Source: an uncultured Bacilli bacterium
Lineage (GTDB): Bacteria > Bacillota_I > Bacilli_A > RF39 > UBA660
Direction of reading: 5' to 3'
DNA length: 57,002 nucleotides
NCBI GenBank assembly: GCA_947628065.1
Contig: CANQYK010000002.1
Coordinates: 1-57,002, forward strand
This document shows, piece by piece, positions 45,007 through 54,334 of this stretch; position 1 is the stretch's first letter, and every line of letters starts with the position of its first letter. The notes under the pieces were generated by a model that was given only the letters and a program-made list of their open reading frames with translations, had not been told where the DNA came from and did no database searches. A program made the translations under genes and the position numbers.

Positions 45007-45699
45007 ATGAGAAATGAGAAAGTACCCAATCATTTAGGGATCATTGTAGATGGAAATGGTAGATGGGCTGAGAAAAGGGGATTAAATCGCAGTTTAGGGC
45101 ATAAAGAAGGGGCTGATAATTTAAAGAAATTACTTCTTTATATTTATGATAAAAAAGTACCGTATGTTAGTATTTATGCTTTTTCAACAGAAAACTTTAA
45201 AAGAGAGAAAAGTGAAGTAGATTTTTTAATGAATTTATTTGTAACTCTTTTTACAAAGGAATTTTTAACATTAAAGGAAAAAGGTGTGAAAGTAGTTTTT
45301 TCTGGAAGACGGGATCCGCTTCCTAAGAAAGTTCTTAAAAGTATGGATTTCTTAGAAGAAGAGACCAAAGAGCAGAAAAATGGGGTATTAAATATTTGTC
45401 TTAATTATGGAGGACAATATGAGTTAGTGGATGCCGTAAAGAAAATAGTAGAAAAAGGAATCAAACAAGAAGAGATTACAAAAGAAGTTTTAGAAGAAAA
45501 TCTTTATCAAACGCTACCACCACTTGACTTTATTATTCGGACAAGTGGTGAGATGCGAAGTAGTAATTTTATGATTTATCAAAGTGCTTATGCAGAATAT
45601 TATTTTCCGGATACTTTGTTTCCTGATTTTCATGAGGAAGACTTTGATCGGGCAATGGATGTATACAATAAAAGAAATAGACGATTTGGTGGAAACTAA
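45007..45699 (+). CDS. uppS: Undecaprenyl diphosphate synthase (isoprenyl transferase)
   Basis: HLGIIVDGNGRWA, YAFSTENFKR and IRTSGEMRSSNF. Confidence 0.93.
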   Translation: MRNEKVPNHLGIIVDGNGRWAEKRGLNRSLGHKEGADNLKKLLLYIYDKKVPYVSIYAFSTENFKREKSEVDFLMNLFVTLFTKEFLTLKEKGVKVVFSGRRDPLPKKVLKSMDFLEEETKEQKNGVLNICLNYGGQYELVDAVKKIVEKGIKQEEITKEVLEENLYQTLPPLDFIIRTSGEMRSSNFMIYQSAYAEYYFPDTLFPDFHEEDFDRAMDVYNKRNRRFGGN

Positions 45700-45790
45700 G
45701 TCGTTTTCTTTACATACTTGACAAAAAAGAAAGGAAAAAAAAGAATAATCTTTTCTTTTTATGATATACTTAAGGAAATAGGAGGAGATT

Positions 45791-46657
45791 ATGGTAGAAG
45801 AAAAGAAAAAAAATGGGAGTGTTGTCGTTACTATTTTTTTGGTATTAATCATTATTGGACTTATCTTTTATATTTGTTATGATAAAGGACTTATTTTAAA
45901 ACAAGAAAATAAGAAGAATAGGGAAGAGACAAAAGAAGAAGTAGTAGATAAAGAAAAAGAAGAAGTGGAAAAGGAAGAAGAACTTGATATTCATTCTATT
46001 TTGGTACAGGAATTATATAATAAAGTATCTGATACAACGGATGAAATATCATGGAATCGTTATCATTACTTTTATGATGGTTCTATTAATAACAATTATG
46101 GACTTGCTGATTTTATTTCAAAAACAGGAAGTGAAATTATTAAAATGCGTTTGGTAGGAAAAAATCTTCGAAAAAGTAATGATGCATCTGTAGATTGTAC
46201 AAAGGTTCCAGATGAATTTGTAGAAGGTGTAACCTATGAAAGTGTATGTAAAAAAGATGAAATAACATTGTTTAGTATAAATGGTTATAAAAAAGAGGTT
46301 GTAGAGAGAACTTATCAAGAATTGTTTGGTAGTGATCAGAAAGTTGATACTTCTATTCCTATTGGTACCATAAATGATTTATCAAAATTTGTATATGTAC
46401 CTTCTCTTGACATATATGTAAAATATCTATCCGATAATGCTGGTGTTACAAATGCTGGAGGATATAAAGGCACATTATCAAAAGCAATAAAAAATGGGAA
46501 AGAAATAAAAATTTATGAAACAGTAGAAGAGTATGAATCTATTGATTTTACTCCTAATAATTTACAAAAAAAGGACACTTTCACATTTGTTTATACCTTT
46601 GAACAAGAAAATACTGGTAATTATAAGTTTGTAAGTAGAATAAAAGAAAAGGCATAG
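45791..46657 (+). CDS. Membrane-anchored paralogue family protein, copy 1
   Basis: MVEEKKKNGSVVVTIFLVLIIIGLIFYICYDKG (TM anchor), an acidic linker, a variable core, and the conserved tail DTFTFVYTFEQE..GNYKFVSRIKEKA. Confidence 0.75.
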   Translation: MVEEKKKNGSVVVTIFLVLIIIGLIFYICYDKGLILKQENKKNREETKEEVVDKEKEEVEKEEELDIHSILVQELYNKVSDTTDEISWNRYHYFYDGSINNNYGLADFISKTGSEIIKMRLVGKNLRKSNDASVDCTKVPDEFVEGVTYESVCKKDEITLFSINGYKKEVVERTYQELFGSDQKVDTSIPIGTINDLSKFVYVPSLDIYVKYLSDNAGVTNAGGYKGTLSKAIKNGKEIKIYETVEEYESIDFTPNNLQKKDTFTFVYTFEQENTGNYKFVSRIKEKA

Positions 46658-46865
46658 ATTGGAGGAAATTATGGTAGAAGAAAAGAAAAAAAGTGGGAGT
46701 GTTGTTGTTACTATTTTCTTGATATTAATCATTGTTGGACTGATCTTTTATATTTGTTATGATAAAGGACTTATTTTAAAACAAGAAAATAAGAAGAATA
46801 GTGAAGAGACAAAAGAAGAAGTAGAAAAGGAAGAAGAGAAAGAGGAAGAACTTGATATTCATTCT
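46614..46865 (+). repeat. Roughly 250-nt block that appears identical to 47479-47730
   Basis: Read side by side, no difference was seen from CTGGTAATTATAAG through GATATTCATTCT. The block spans a gene 3' end, the intergenic RBS and about 195 nt of the next gene. Confidence 0.8.
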
Positions 46866-47522
46866 GTTTTGGTACAGGAATTATATAATAAAGTATCTGA
46901 TACAACGGATGAAATATCATGGGATCGTTATCGTTATTATAATTATGGTAGTAAGAATTATGGGATAGATGATTTTGTTTCCCAATCTGCAAGTGAAATT
47001 TTAAAAATGCGATTGGTAGAGAAAAATTTTCGTATTGGTGATGAAGTATCTGTAGATTGTACGAAAGTCCCAGATGAGTTTGTAGAAGAAGGGTTAACCT
47101 ATGAAAGTTTCTGTAAACGTAATAAAACAAAAGGGGTTGGAACAAACGGTTATAAAAAAGAGACAGTGGAAAGAATTTATCAAGAATTGTTTGGTATGAA
47201 TCAAAAAATTGATACTTCTGTCTCTATTATAACTTTATATAACTTATCAAAATTTGTATATATACCTTCCCTTGATATGTATGTGGAATATGTGGTAACT
47301 GTTGGTGATTCGATTACAGGTCCTGGAGGATATAAAGGAACATTATCGAAAGCAATAAAAAACGAGAAAAAAATAAAACTTTATGAGAAAGTAGAAAAAT
47401 ATGAAATTGCTAATAACTCTACAGATTTTAAAGTAACAGATACCTTTACATTTGTTTATACCTTTGAACAAGAAAGTGCTGGTAATTATAAGTTTGTAAG
47501 TAGAATAAAAGAAAAGGCATAG
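46671..47522 (+). CDS. Membrane-anchored paralogue family protein, copy 2
   Basis: Same architecture as copy 1. Start ATG follows a GGAGGA RBS. The ORF-track start at 46659 is an in-frame upstream extension. Confidence 0.75.
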   Translation: MVEEKKKSGSVVVTIFLILIIVGLIFYICYDKGLILKQENKKNSEETKEEVEKEEEKEEELDIHSVLVQELYNKVSDTTDEISWDRYRYYNYGSKNYGIDDFVSQSASEILKMRLVEKNFRIGDEVSVDCTKVPDEFVEEGLTYESFCKRNKTKGVGTNGYKKETVERIYQELFGMNQKIDTSVSIITLYNLSKFVYIPSLDMYVEYVVTVGDSITGPGGYKGTLSKAIKNEKKIKLYEKVEKYEIANNSTDFKVTDTFTFVYTFEQESAGNYKFVSRIKEKA

Positions 47523-47730
47523 ATTGGAGGAAATTATGGTAGAAGAAAAGAAAAAAAGTGGGAGTGTTGTTGTTACTATTTTCTTGATATTAATCATTGT
47601 TGGACTGATCTTTTATATTTGTTATGATAAAGGACTTATTTTAAAACAAGAAAATAAGAAGAATAGTGAAGAGACAAAAGAAGAAGTAGAAAAGGAAGAA
47701 GAGAAAGAGGAAGAACTTGATATTCATTCT
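47479..47730 (+). repeat. Second copy of the roughly 250-nt identical block
   Basis: See 46614-46865. The offset is 865 nt. Confidence 0.8.
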
Positions 47731-48726
47731 AGTTTGGTACAAGAGTTATATAATAAAGTAGCAGATGAGAGTGATGAGGTTTCACCATTCCACTTTACTC
47801 CTTATGTTTATGGTGATAATGATGGATTAGAAGACTTTACATCGAATGGTGGTAATGAAATCATAAAGATGAAATTAGTTCGAAAAAACTTGCGTAAAAG
47901 TGATGAGGATATAATCGATTGTAGTAAAGTTCCAGATAAGTTAGAAAGTGATCCGACTTATTCAAGTTATTGCTCTTATCCTGATTTTCAAGCCTATGGT
48001 TATAAAAGAAAGACTATAGAAAGAGTTTATAAAGACTTGTTTGGAAATGATAGTAAGCTTGATACTTCTATTGATTTGTTAAATGATTCTAGTTTTATGG
48101 TAGCAGATAAATTTGTTTATATAAATTCTATTGATATGTATGCAGAATATGTAATAGAAAGTGGAGGTATGCTTGGTGGCAGTGGTTATAAAACAAAATT
48201 GTCAAAAGCAACAAAAAAAGGAAATAGAGTAGATATTTATGAAACGGTAGAATTTTATGGTTTAGAAGAAAATAATACAACAGATATGAAATTACAAGAT
48301 ACCTTTACATTTGTTTATACCTTTGAACAAGAAAGTTCTGGTAATTATAAGTTTGTAAGTAGAATAAAAGATAAAAGTTCTAAAATAAGACTTGTTGAAA
48401 ATAAAGATTATTTTGTAAAGGATGAATTTCCTGTTGAGAATTTTGATATTACAAAAAGAGGTTATTACGTAGATACCTATAATGAGCCTAATGCTCCATA
48501 TTTCTATATTATATGTATGGGTAAAAAAGATACGAAAGGATATAGCTTAAAAATAAAAGAAGTAAATAAAGTTGATAAGAAAACAGAAATTATAGTAGAA
48601 GAAGTTACTTCTACGAAAAATACGGAACTTAGTCCTACAATTGTTGTAGAATTTCCAAATTATCAAGATGGTATTATAATAAAAAATACAAAAGGTAAAG
48701 AGTTTACGGAATTAAAAGATTATTAA
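47536..48726 (+). CDS. Membrane-anchored paralogue family protein, copy 3, with an extra C-terminal PrcB-like domain
   Basis: Same N-terminus and FVYTFEQESSGNYKFVSRIKDK motif, then about 110 extra residues (...CMGKKDTKGYSLKIKEV...). Similarity to the PrcB C-terminal domain is a by-eye impression. Confidence 0.7.
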   Translation: MVEEKKKSGSVVVTIFLILIIVGLIFYICYDKGLILKQENKKNSEETKEEVEKEEEKEEELDIHSSLVQELYNKVADESDEVSPFHFTPYVYGDNDGLEDFTSNGGNEIIKMKLVRKNLRKSDEDIIDCSKVPDKLESDPTYSSYCSYPDFQAYGYKRKTIERVYKDLFGNDSKLDTSIDLLNDSSFMVADKFVYINSIDMYAEYVIESGGMLGGSGYKTKLSKATKKGNRVDIYETVEFYGLEENNTTDMKLQDTFTFVYTFEQESSGNYKFVSRIKDKSSKIRLVENKDYFVKDEFPVENFDITKRGYYVDTYNEPNAPYFYIICMGKKDTKGYSLKIKEVNKVDKKTEIIVEEVTSTKNTELSPTIVVEFPNYQDGIIIKNTKGKEFTELKDY

Positions 48727-48761
48727 TCAATTTTCATATCAAGAAAGAACAAAATTTAAAA

Positions 48762-48797
48762 GGACTGTAATGAAATAAATTTATTACAGTCCTTTTT
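48762..48797 (+). terminator. Rho-independent terminator of the paralogue array
   Basis: Stem GGACTGTAAT (48762-48771) / ATTACAGTCC (48783-48792), followed by TTTTT. Confidence 0.75.
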
Positions 48798-48973
48798 GTC
48801 AAAAAAAGAAGCTGTACCCCCTGAGGAACAGCTTCAAAAAAGAATAAAAAGGGGTTGGCTAGTGTGATACTAGCGACCAATTCGCCTAATTTCCGAATTG
48901 GTGCTTTTTATAATAATCATAAATGAAGATTTTGTCAACACTTTTTGACAAAAAAAGAAGGAAAATTTTTCCC

Positions 48974-49435
48974 TTATTCTTTACATGTTGTTCCAAGTTG
49001 TTCATATAAGCTTTTAATGTCTTGTACTTTTATTTTACCATTTTTAATGATGTTTCCATTTGATGAGTCAATCTCAATTAATTTTTTTGTATCAATTTTT
49101 GAATAATCAATATCAACGATGGAAGTAAGACGATTTTCATTTACTTTTATATCATAGTTATAATACTTAATTCCTTTATAAGCCTTATACATATTTTCTA
49201 CTTGTTTTTTATAGTTTTCTAAAATTTCACCTGCTTCTGTTTCAACTACTTCTTCACTATGTACCTTATTTACATAATTATTTTGATAGATGACTTTATA
49301 AGTAAGATTTGTTTTAATTCCATTTTTATTCATTGACCTGGTGCAAGTCATTGTTTTTTCTTTTGTAGTCCCACAACCGGTTATAAAAAGTAGAAAAAAT
49401 AAAACAATCCCCAAAGTAAAATATTTTCTTTTCAT
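48974..49435 (-). CDS. Lipoprotein, YehR/DUF1307-like
   Basis: Lipobox LFITGCG. Size and the early 'MTCT..' pattern resemble DUF1307 lipoproteins. Confidence 0.6.
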   Translation of the reverse strand: MKRKYFTLGIVLFFLLFITGCGTTKEKTMTCTRSMNKNGIKTNLTYKVIYQNNYVNKVHSEEVVETEAGEILENYKKQVENMYKAYKGIKYYNYDIKVNENRLTSIVDIDYSKIDTKKLIEIDSSNGNIIKNGKIKVQDIKSLYEQLGTTCKE

Positions 49436-49537
49436 AGATTCCTCCTTTTTATTACTGTATCATAAAATTAATTTTTTTCCTACAGCTTTCGACATTTTTT
49501 TAAATCTTTTTTTGGTACGCTAATGAGGGTGATAAAA

Positions 49538-49984
49538 ATGCAAAAAAAATTCCTTCTTTCACTTGTTGTTGCAGTTCTTTGTGGTTCTTTTTTAGGTCAT
49601 ACGTTATTTCAAAAAGTAAAAGAAGAAGAAAAAACAGTCTTCAAAGAAGATGTTCTATATTTTTTAGAAGAAGGTGTTTATGATAATGTAGAACGTGCAG
49701 AAAACGCTACCAAAGACATTGATACAAAGGTAATTGTAAAAGAAGACAATAACTATTATGTCTATCTTGCGATTACCTCCAAAAAAAGTCATATCGAACG
49801 ATTAAAAGAATTATATCCAAAAAAAGACATTACTGTAAAAGAGATGCAGGTGGAAAACAAAAGCTTTAAAACCATTTTAGAACAGATGGATGGTTTGGTA
49901 GAGAAGACAACCACAAAGGAAGAATTAGAAACCATTAACAAAGTTATTTTAGCAAATTATGAAGAAATTATTTTAAAATCTTAA
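49538..49984 (+). CDS. Membrane-anchored protein with SPOR-like domain
   Basis: N-terminal TM. YFLEEGVYDNVERAENATKDI...YYVYLAITSKK resembles a SPOR fold pattern. Start ATG follows a GAGGGTGA RBS. Confidence 0.45.
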   Translation: MQKKFLLSLVVAVLCGSFLGHTLFQKVKEEEKTVFKEDVLYFLEEGVYDNVERAENATKDIDTKVIVKEDNNYYVYLAITSKKSHIERLKELYPKKDITVKEMQVENKSFKTILEQMDGLVEKTTTKEELETINKVILANYEEIILKS

Positions 49985-50027
49985 AAAAAGTAATTTTATT
50001 TGATTATAATAAATTGAGGTGATGAAG

Positions 50028-50708
50028 TTGAAAGTAAAAGAAATACCAGAATTAGAACGACCAAGGGAAAAATTAATGCATTTAGGATGTGAAAATGTAT
50101 CGACAAGTGAACTTCTTTCCATTCTTTTATCAAGTGGTGTCAAAGATAAAAATGTAATGGAGTTATCTTTTGAACTCTTAGCGAAACTAGATTCCATTCA
50201 TGATTTAGCGATCATTGGAAAAGATGAGTTATGTTCCATCAAAGGAATAGGAGAAGCGAAAGCTGCTGTGATTCTTGCGGCGATTGAACTTGGCAAACGT
50301 ATCTTTTTAACCAAAAATGAGAAGAAAGTAAAATTAAACACAGCCCAAGATGTATTTGAGTATAGTAAATATTTGTTTCAAGATAAAAAGCAAGAACTCT
50401 TTTATTGTTTTTATGTAGATCAAACAAGAACTTTAATTACAAGTAAATTACTCTTTAAAGGAACGATGGACCGAAGTAGTGTTCATCCAAGAGAGGTCTT
50501 TAAAGAGGCATATAAAGTATCAGCTTGTGGAATCATTTGTGTTCATAACCATCCATCCGGAAATGTCATGCCAAGTGGAAAAGATATTGAATTTACCAAA
50601 GATTTGATTAAAATTGGAAAATTACAAGGTGTTTATATCTTGGATCATTTGATTGTTAGTGAGCATAAATACTATAGTTTTGGAGAAAATAGTAACAGAT
50701 GTAGTTGA
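50028..50708 (+). CDS. radC: RadC-family JAB domain protein
   Basis: ELERPREKL, an HhH-like GIGEAKA, and the JAMM motif HNHPSG. The start is uncertain (GTG 50019, ATG 50022 or TTG 50028). Confidence 0.9.
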   Translation: MKVKEIPELERPREKLMHLGCENVSTSELLSILLSSGVKDKNVMELSFELLAKLDSIHDLAIIGKDELCSIKGIGEAKAAVILAAIELGKRIFLTKNEKKVKLNTAQDVFEYSKYLFQDKKQELFYCFYVDQTRTLITSKLLFKGTMDRSSVHPREVFKEAYKVSACGIICVHNHPSGNVMPSGKDIEFTKDLIKIGKLQGVYILDHLIVSEHKYYSFGENSNRCS

Positions 50709-50759
50709 AAAATTTGAAAGATATCGGTATACTTATAAGAGAAAGGCCTGGTGATACTT

Positions 50760-51560
50760 ATGTATCGTAAGAAAAAGAAAGCAAGAAAATTGATTTTAAT
50801 TGGTTGTATTCTTTTTGTATCTTTTTTTCTTCTTTTCTATTCGCTTTCTTCGAGTCGTAAACTAGGTCCTGTAGAAAGTGTTTTAAAGGATGGGGCAACC
50901 TTAATAAGTAAAGTATTTATGGCACCTTTTACGAGTTTAAATGGAGAAAAGGGAGAAGATGCTAGTAAAAGTTATACCATTCAAAAAAATTTAAATGTTC
51001 ATTTACAAGAGGAAATTGAAGAGTTACGAAAAACATTGGAATTAAACAAAACATTAACAGACTATAGTGTTGTAAATGCTACTGTATTAAATCGAAATCG
51101 TAGTTATTGGTACCAAATCTTAACCATTGACAAAGGAAAAAAGGCAGGATTAAAAGAAAATATGGTTGCAATTACCAAGGATGGTTTAATTGGAAAATTA
51201 GAGCAAGTAACGGCATATTCTGCGACAGTAAAACTAATTACTGCCAATGATGTTAATCATAAAGTATCTGTATCCATTGCAACAGGAGAAGAAGAAGCCC
51301 ATGCTATTTTATCAGGATATGACAAAGAAAAAGATGTAGTGTTAATAACAGGAATTGATAACAATGTAGAACTTCATGAGGGAGATGTTGTAACAACCAG
51401 TGGACTTGGTGGAATGTTTCCAAGAGGAATCTATATTGGTGTTGTAAAATCAATCGAAGAAGATAAGTATGGAATCAGTCGAACCATTGGGGTAAAAACG
51501 GCTCAAGATTTTAATAAAATTCACTATGTTACGGTATTAAAAGAAAGGAGTAAAAAGTAA
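50760..51560 (+). CDS. mreC: Rod shape-determining protein MreC
   Basis: N-terminal TM, a coiled coil (LQEEIEELRK), and the C-terminal TSGLGGMFPRGIYIG motif. Confidence 0.88.
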   Translation: MYRKKKKARKLILIGCILFVSFFLLFYSLSSSRKLGPVESVLKDGATLISKVFMAPFTSLNGEKGEDASKSYTIQKNLNVHLQEEIEELRKTLELNKTLTDYSVVNATVLNRNRSYWYQILTIDKGKKAGLKENMVAITKDGLIGKLEQVTAYSATVKLITANDVNHKVSVSIATGEEEAHAILSGYDKEKDVVLITGIDNNVELHEGDVVTTSGLGGMFPRGIYIGVVKSIEEDKYGISRTIGVKTAQDFNKIHYVTVLKERSKK

Positions 51561-52057
51561 TGTTTGTATGGATTTCTTTGATTGCTTCTTTTTGGTTGGA
51601 TGGCGTCTTGTCTAATTTTTTCCCTTATATGGTAGGAAATCTTTCTCCTTTTACTAGTTTTTTTACTTTAATATCGTTAATTGTTATTTATCCTTTTTTT
51701 CAAAAAAGAGAAAAAAAATATTATCTGATCGTTTTCTTTACTGGTTATCTTTATGATTTGTTTTATACCAATTTGTTTTTTACCCATGCCATTATCTTTA
51801 CTTTTCTTGCTTTTATCCTTTCTTGGTACTATAAAAAAATAGAGATCAATATGGGAACTTTTTTCCTACTTTTAATTCTCTTACTTTTCCTTTATCAATC
51901 GTTTTATGCTTTCCTTTTGTTCTTATTTAATATTGTACCAATTACAATCTCTTCCGTTCTTTATTTATTTTCATCCAGTCTTATTTTAAATCTTTTTTAT
52001 GGAGAAGCCTTATATTTACTAGCAAACTTATCAAAGCGAAAAAGACATGTTAATTAG
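51560..52057 (+). CDS. mreD: Rod shape-determining protein MreD
   Basis: Small polytopic membrane protein translationally coupled to mreC (TAATG). Confidence 0.7.
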   Translation: MFVWISLIASFWLDGVLSNFFPYMVGNLSPFTSFFTLISLIVIYPFFQKREKKYYLIVFFTGYLYDLFYTNLFFTHAIIFTFLAFILSWYYKKIEINMGTFFLLLILLLFLYQSFYAFLLFLFNIVPITISSVLYLFSSSLILNLFYGEALYLLANLSKRKRHVN

Positions 52058-52101
52058 TCTTTTTCTTTTTCTTTCGGCATAAACTAGGTTAGGTGACGAA
52101 T

Positions 52102-52701
52102 ATGGTAGAATCGAAATTTATGAAGAAAAAGAAAAAGCAAAAACAAGACAAAATGATAAATTTTATCCATCATTACATTACAAAAGTTTTAGTAACCATT
52201 ATTGTCCTTCTTCTACTATTGATTGCTTTCAAATGGAATATAACTTTCAAACAACAATTTAATCAGTATGTCTATCATACGAATTTTCCTTTTAGTCGTG
52301 TAAAGGAATTTTTTAAAAAATATATAAAAAGTGATGCTGCACTTCAAAAAATAGAGAAAGAAGAAACCCCTGTTTTTGAAGAAAAACTATCCTATAGCAA
52401 AGAAAGTTTATATCAAGATGGGGTAGCGCTTACTGTTTCTAAAAATTATATGATTCCATCTCTTGAAAGTGGAATTATTGTATTTATTGGAGAAAAAGAG
52501 CAATATAACCAAACCATTATTGTACAAGGGATGAATGGCGTTGATGTTTGGTATGGAAATGTTCAAAATGTAAGTGTTAAATTATATGACTATGTAGAAA
52601 AAGGATCTTTTCTTGGTGAAACCAAGGAAAAAACACTATATCTAGCATTTCAAAAGGATGGAAAATTTGCAAATTATAAAGACTATCTTAAACAAAATTA
52701 A
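52102..52701 (+). CDS. spoIVFA: SpoIVFA-like protein (TM plus degenerate LytM/M23 domain)
   Basis: TM anchor. C-terminal G.IVFIGEKEQYNQTIIVQGMNGVDVWYGNV..V.VKLYDYVEKGSFLGE lacks the metal ligands. Positioned immediately upstream of spoIVFB. Confidence 0.65.
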   Translation: MVESKFMKKKKKQKQDKMINFIHHYITKVLVTIIVLLLLLIAFKWNITFKQQFNQYVYHTNFPFSRVKEFFKKYIKSDAALQKIEKEETPVFEEKLSYSKESLYQDGVALTVSKNYMIPSLESGIIVFIGEKEQYNQTIIVQGMNGVDVWYGNVQNVSVKLYDYVEKGSFLGETKEKTLYLAFQKDGKFANYKDYLKQN

Positions 52702-53425
52702 AATTCATAAAAGTTGTTATCTTATTCTTTTTCTTGCTTTTTTAATGGGAGAGTTTCATGCTGTTTTCTTTTGTTCCCTTTTTTTACTGGTGCATGAGTG
52801 TGGACATTTTTTTACGGCTCTTCTTTTTGGGTGGGAAGCAGACTCCATTACCTTTTATCCTTTTGGTGGAATATCCAAATTTACGACTGATGTCAATTGT
52901 CCAATTTATCAAGAAGCTCTTGTTTTAATGATGGGACCCGTTACTCAGTGCATTTTGTTTCTTTTTTTAAAGACTTTACCCTTTCCATCCTATCAAGCTT
53001 TTTTATTCAAACAAATTCACTATAGCCTTCTTTTTTTTAACCTTCTTCCTTTTTACCCTTTGGATGGAGGTAGAATCTTACAAGTTTTTTCTTGTTATTT
53101 TTTATCGTATCAAAAAAGTTATACTTTTATTTTAACAGTATCCTATAGTATTCTTTTCCTTCTTTTATTATTGCTATTCTTTCTTCCATCTATTTTTCTT
53201 CTTTTGCTCTTTTTTCTTTTGCTTTTTCGTTTTATCTCAGAAAAGAAGAATATAAAGTACTACAAAGAAAGATTCTTTTTAGAACGGTATTTGAAAAAAT
53301 ATCCCTTTAAAAAAAGAAAAATAGTAAAAAATGAGAAAGATTTTTTTCGCTCTTACAATCATATTATAAAAAAAGGTGTGTGGTACCAAACAGAAGAAGA
53401 ATATTTAAAAGAAAAATACAAATAA
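52658..53425 (+). CDS. spoIVFB: Site-2 (M50) intramembrane metalloprotease SpoIVFB
   Basis: HECGHF (HExxH) and NLLPFYPLDGGRIL motifs. Polytopic membrane protein. Confidence 0.8.
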   Translation: MENLQIIKTILNKIKIHKSCYLILFLAFLMGEFHAVFFCSLFLLVHECGHFFTALLFGWEADSITFYPFGGISKFTTDVNCPIYQEALVLMMGPVTQCILFLFLKTLPFPSYQAFLFKQIHYSLLFFNLLPFYPLDGGRILQVFSCYFLSYQKSYTFILTVSYSILFLLLLLLFFLPSIFLLLLFFLLLFRFISEKKNIKYYKERFFLERYLKKYPFKKRKIVKNEKDFFRSYNHIIKKGVWYQTEEEYLKEKYK

Positions 53426-53478
53426 TAGTAGAAAAGATAAGAAAAATATGATAGGGTAATAGTATTAATGGAGGTCTT

Positions 53479-53772
53479 ATGGAAACATTAAAAGATACTT
53501 TTCGTTATTTGGTTGGTGGCTATTATGGTGTGTTAGAACTAGATTCTTATGAATTAAAAGAATATGTTTTAAAAGATATTGAAAACTATATTATTTCGTT
53601 TATAGAAAAAAATAAAATCGCAGATTTTAACTATCAAGAAGAAGCAGAAAAAGTAAAAGAGCAACTGGATCTTAAAACAAAATTACAAGATAGTCTTTTG
53701 GTACTTTATAAAATTGATGCACCGATGGATTTAATTTGGATGATCAAACAAAAATTAAAAGAATGGAAATAA
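53479..53772 (+). CDS. Hypothetical protein (97 aa)
   Basis: ORF with a GGAGG RBS. No family recognised. Confidence 0.45.
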   Translation: METLKDTFRYLVGGYYGVLELDSYELKEYVLKDIENYIISFIEKNKIADFNYQEEAEKVKEQLDLKTKLQDSLLVLYKIDAPMDLIWMIKQKLKEWK

Positions 53773-53813
53773 TTTACAAAATAAAACAAATCTTTTGAAG
53801 CATCCTATAAAGG

Positions 53814-54260
53814 GTGATGAACGTGAAAAAGGTTGTTTTTTTTCTTTTTTTGTTTTTGCTTTTCTCTTTTCCAAAAATAAGAGCAAAAGAAGTAACCATC
53901 GAAAAAGAAGAAAAGGTAAGGGTTAAAATTTCCTTTTTAGAAACGAGTGTTACGACAAGAAATTTAAGTGCGAAATTACTTAATATTCCTTATACTTTAA
54001 AACATGCAAATACAAAGATAAAATTAAGCTATCTTGATGATACCATAAAAAATAAAATAGAGAATTTACCTTTTTATAATCTTTCTCAATTAGAAAGTGA
54101 TTATGAAAAAGTATTAAAAGAGTATGGTCTTTATACTGATATAGAAAAGATAAATGTTTATGGTGTTTTATTAAGTGAAGTTGTAATTGATACGGAAGAA
54201 AAGTATTTGGAAACATTAAAGAATTTGTCATATGAAGTAAAAAAAATAAATCTATCTTGA
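53814..54260 (+). CDS. Secreted hypothetical protein
   Basis: Signal-peptide-like N-terminus KKVVFFLFLFLLFSFPKIRA. The GTG at 53823 has the best RBS spacing. Confidence 0.5.
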   Translation: MMNVKKVVFFLFLFLLFSFPKIRAKEVTIEKEEKVRVKISFLETSVTTRNLSAKLLNIPYTLKHANTKIKLSYLDDTIKNKIENLPFYNLSQLESDYEKVLKEYGLYTDIEKINVYGVLLSEVVIDTEEKYLETLKNLSYEVKKINLS

Positions 54261-54334
54261 TGTTTTATTTAATTGGTGATATATTTATATTGTAAATACG
54301 AAAGATATGTATAGGAAGGAGAATGGAGAAGTAA

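Noticed and set aside
45514-47597. Minus-strand ORFs of 112, 66, 124 and 84 aa across uppS and the paralogue array.
   Set aside because: They are antisense to well-supported plus-strand genes and have repetitive hydrophobic translations with no RBS.
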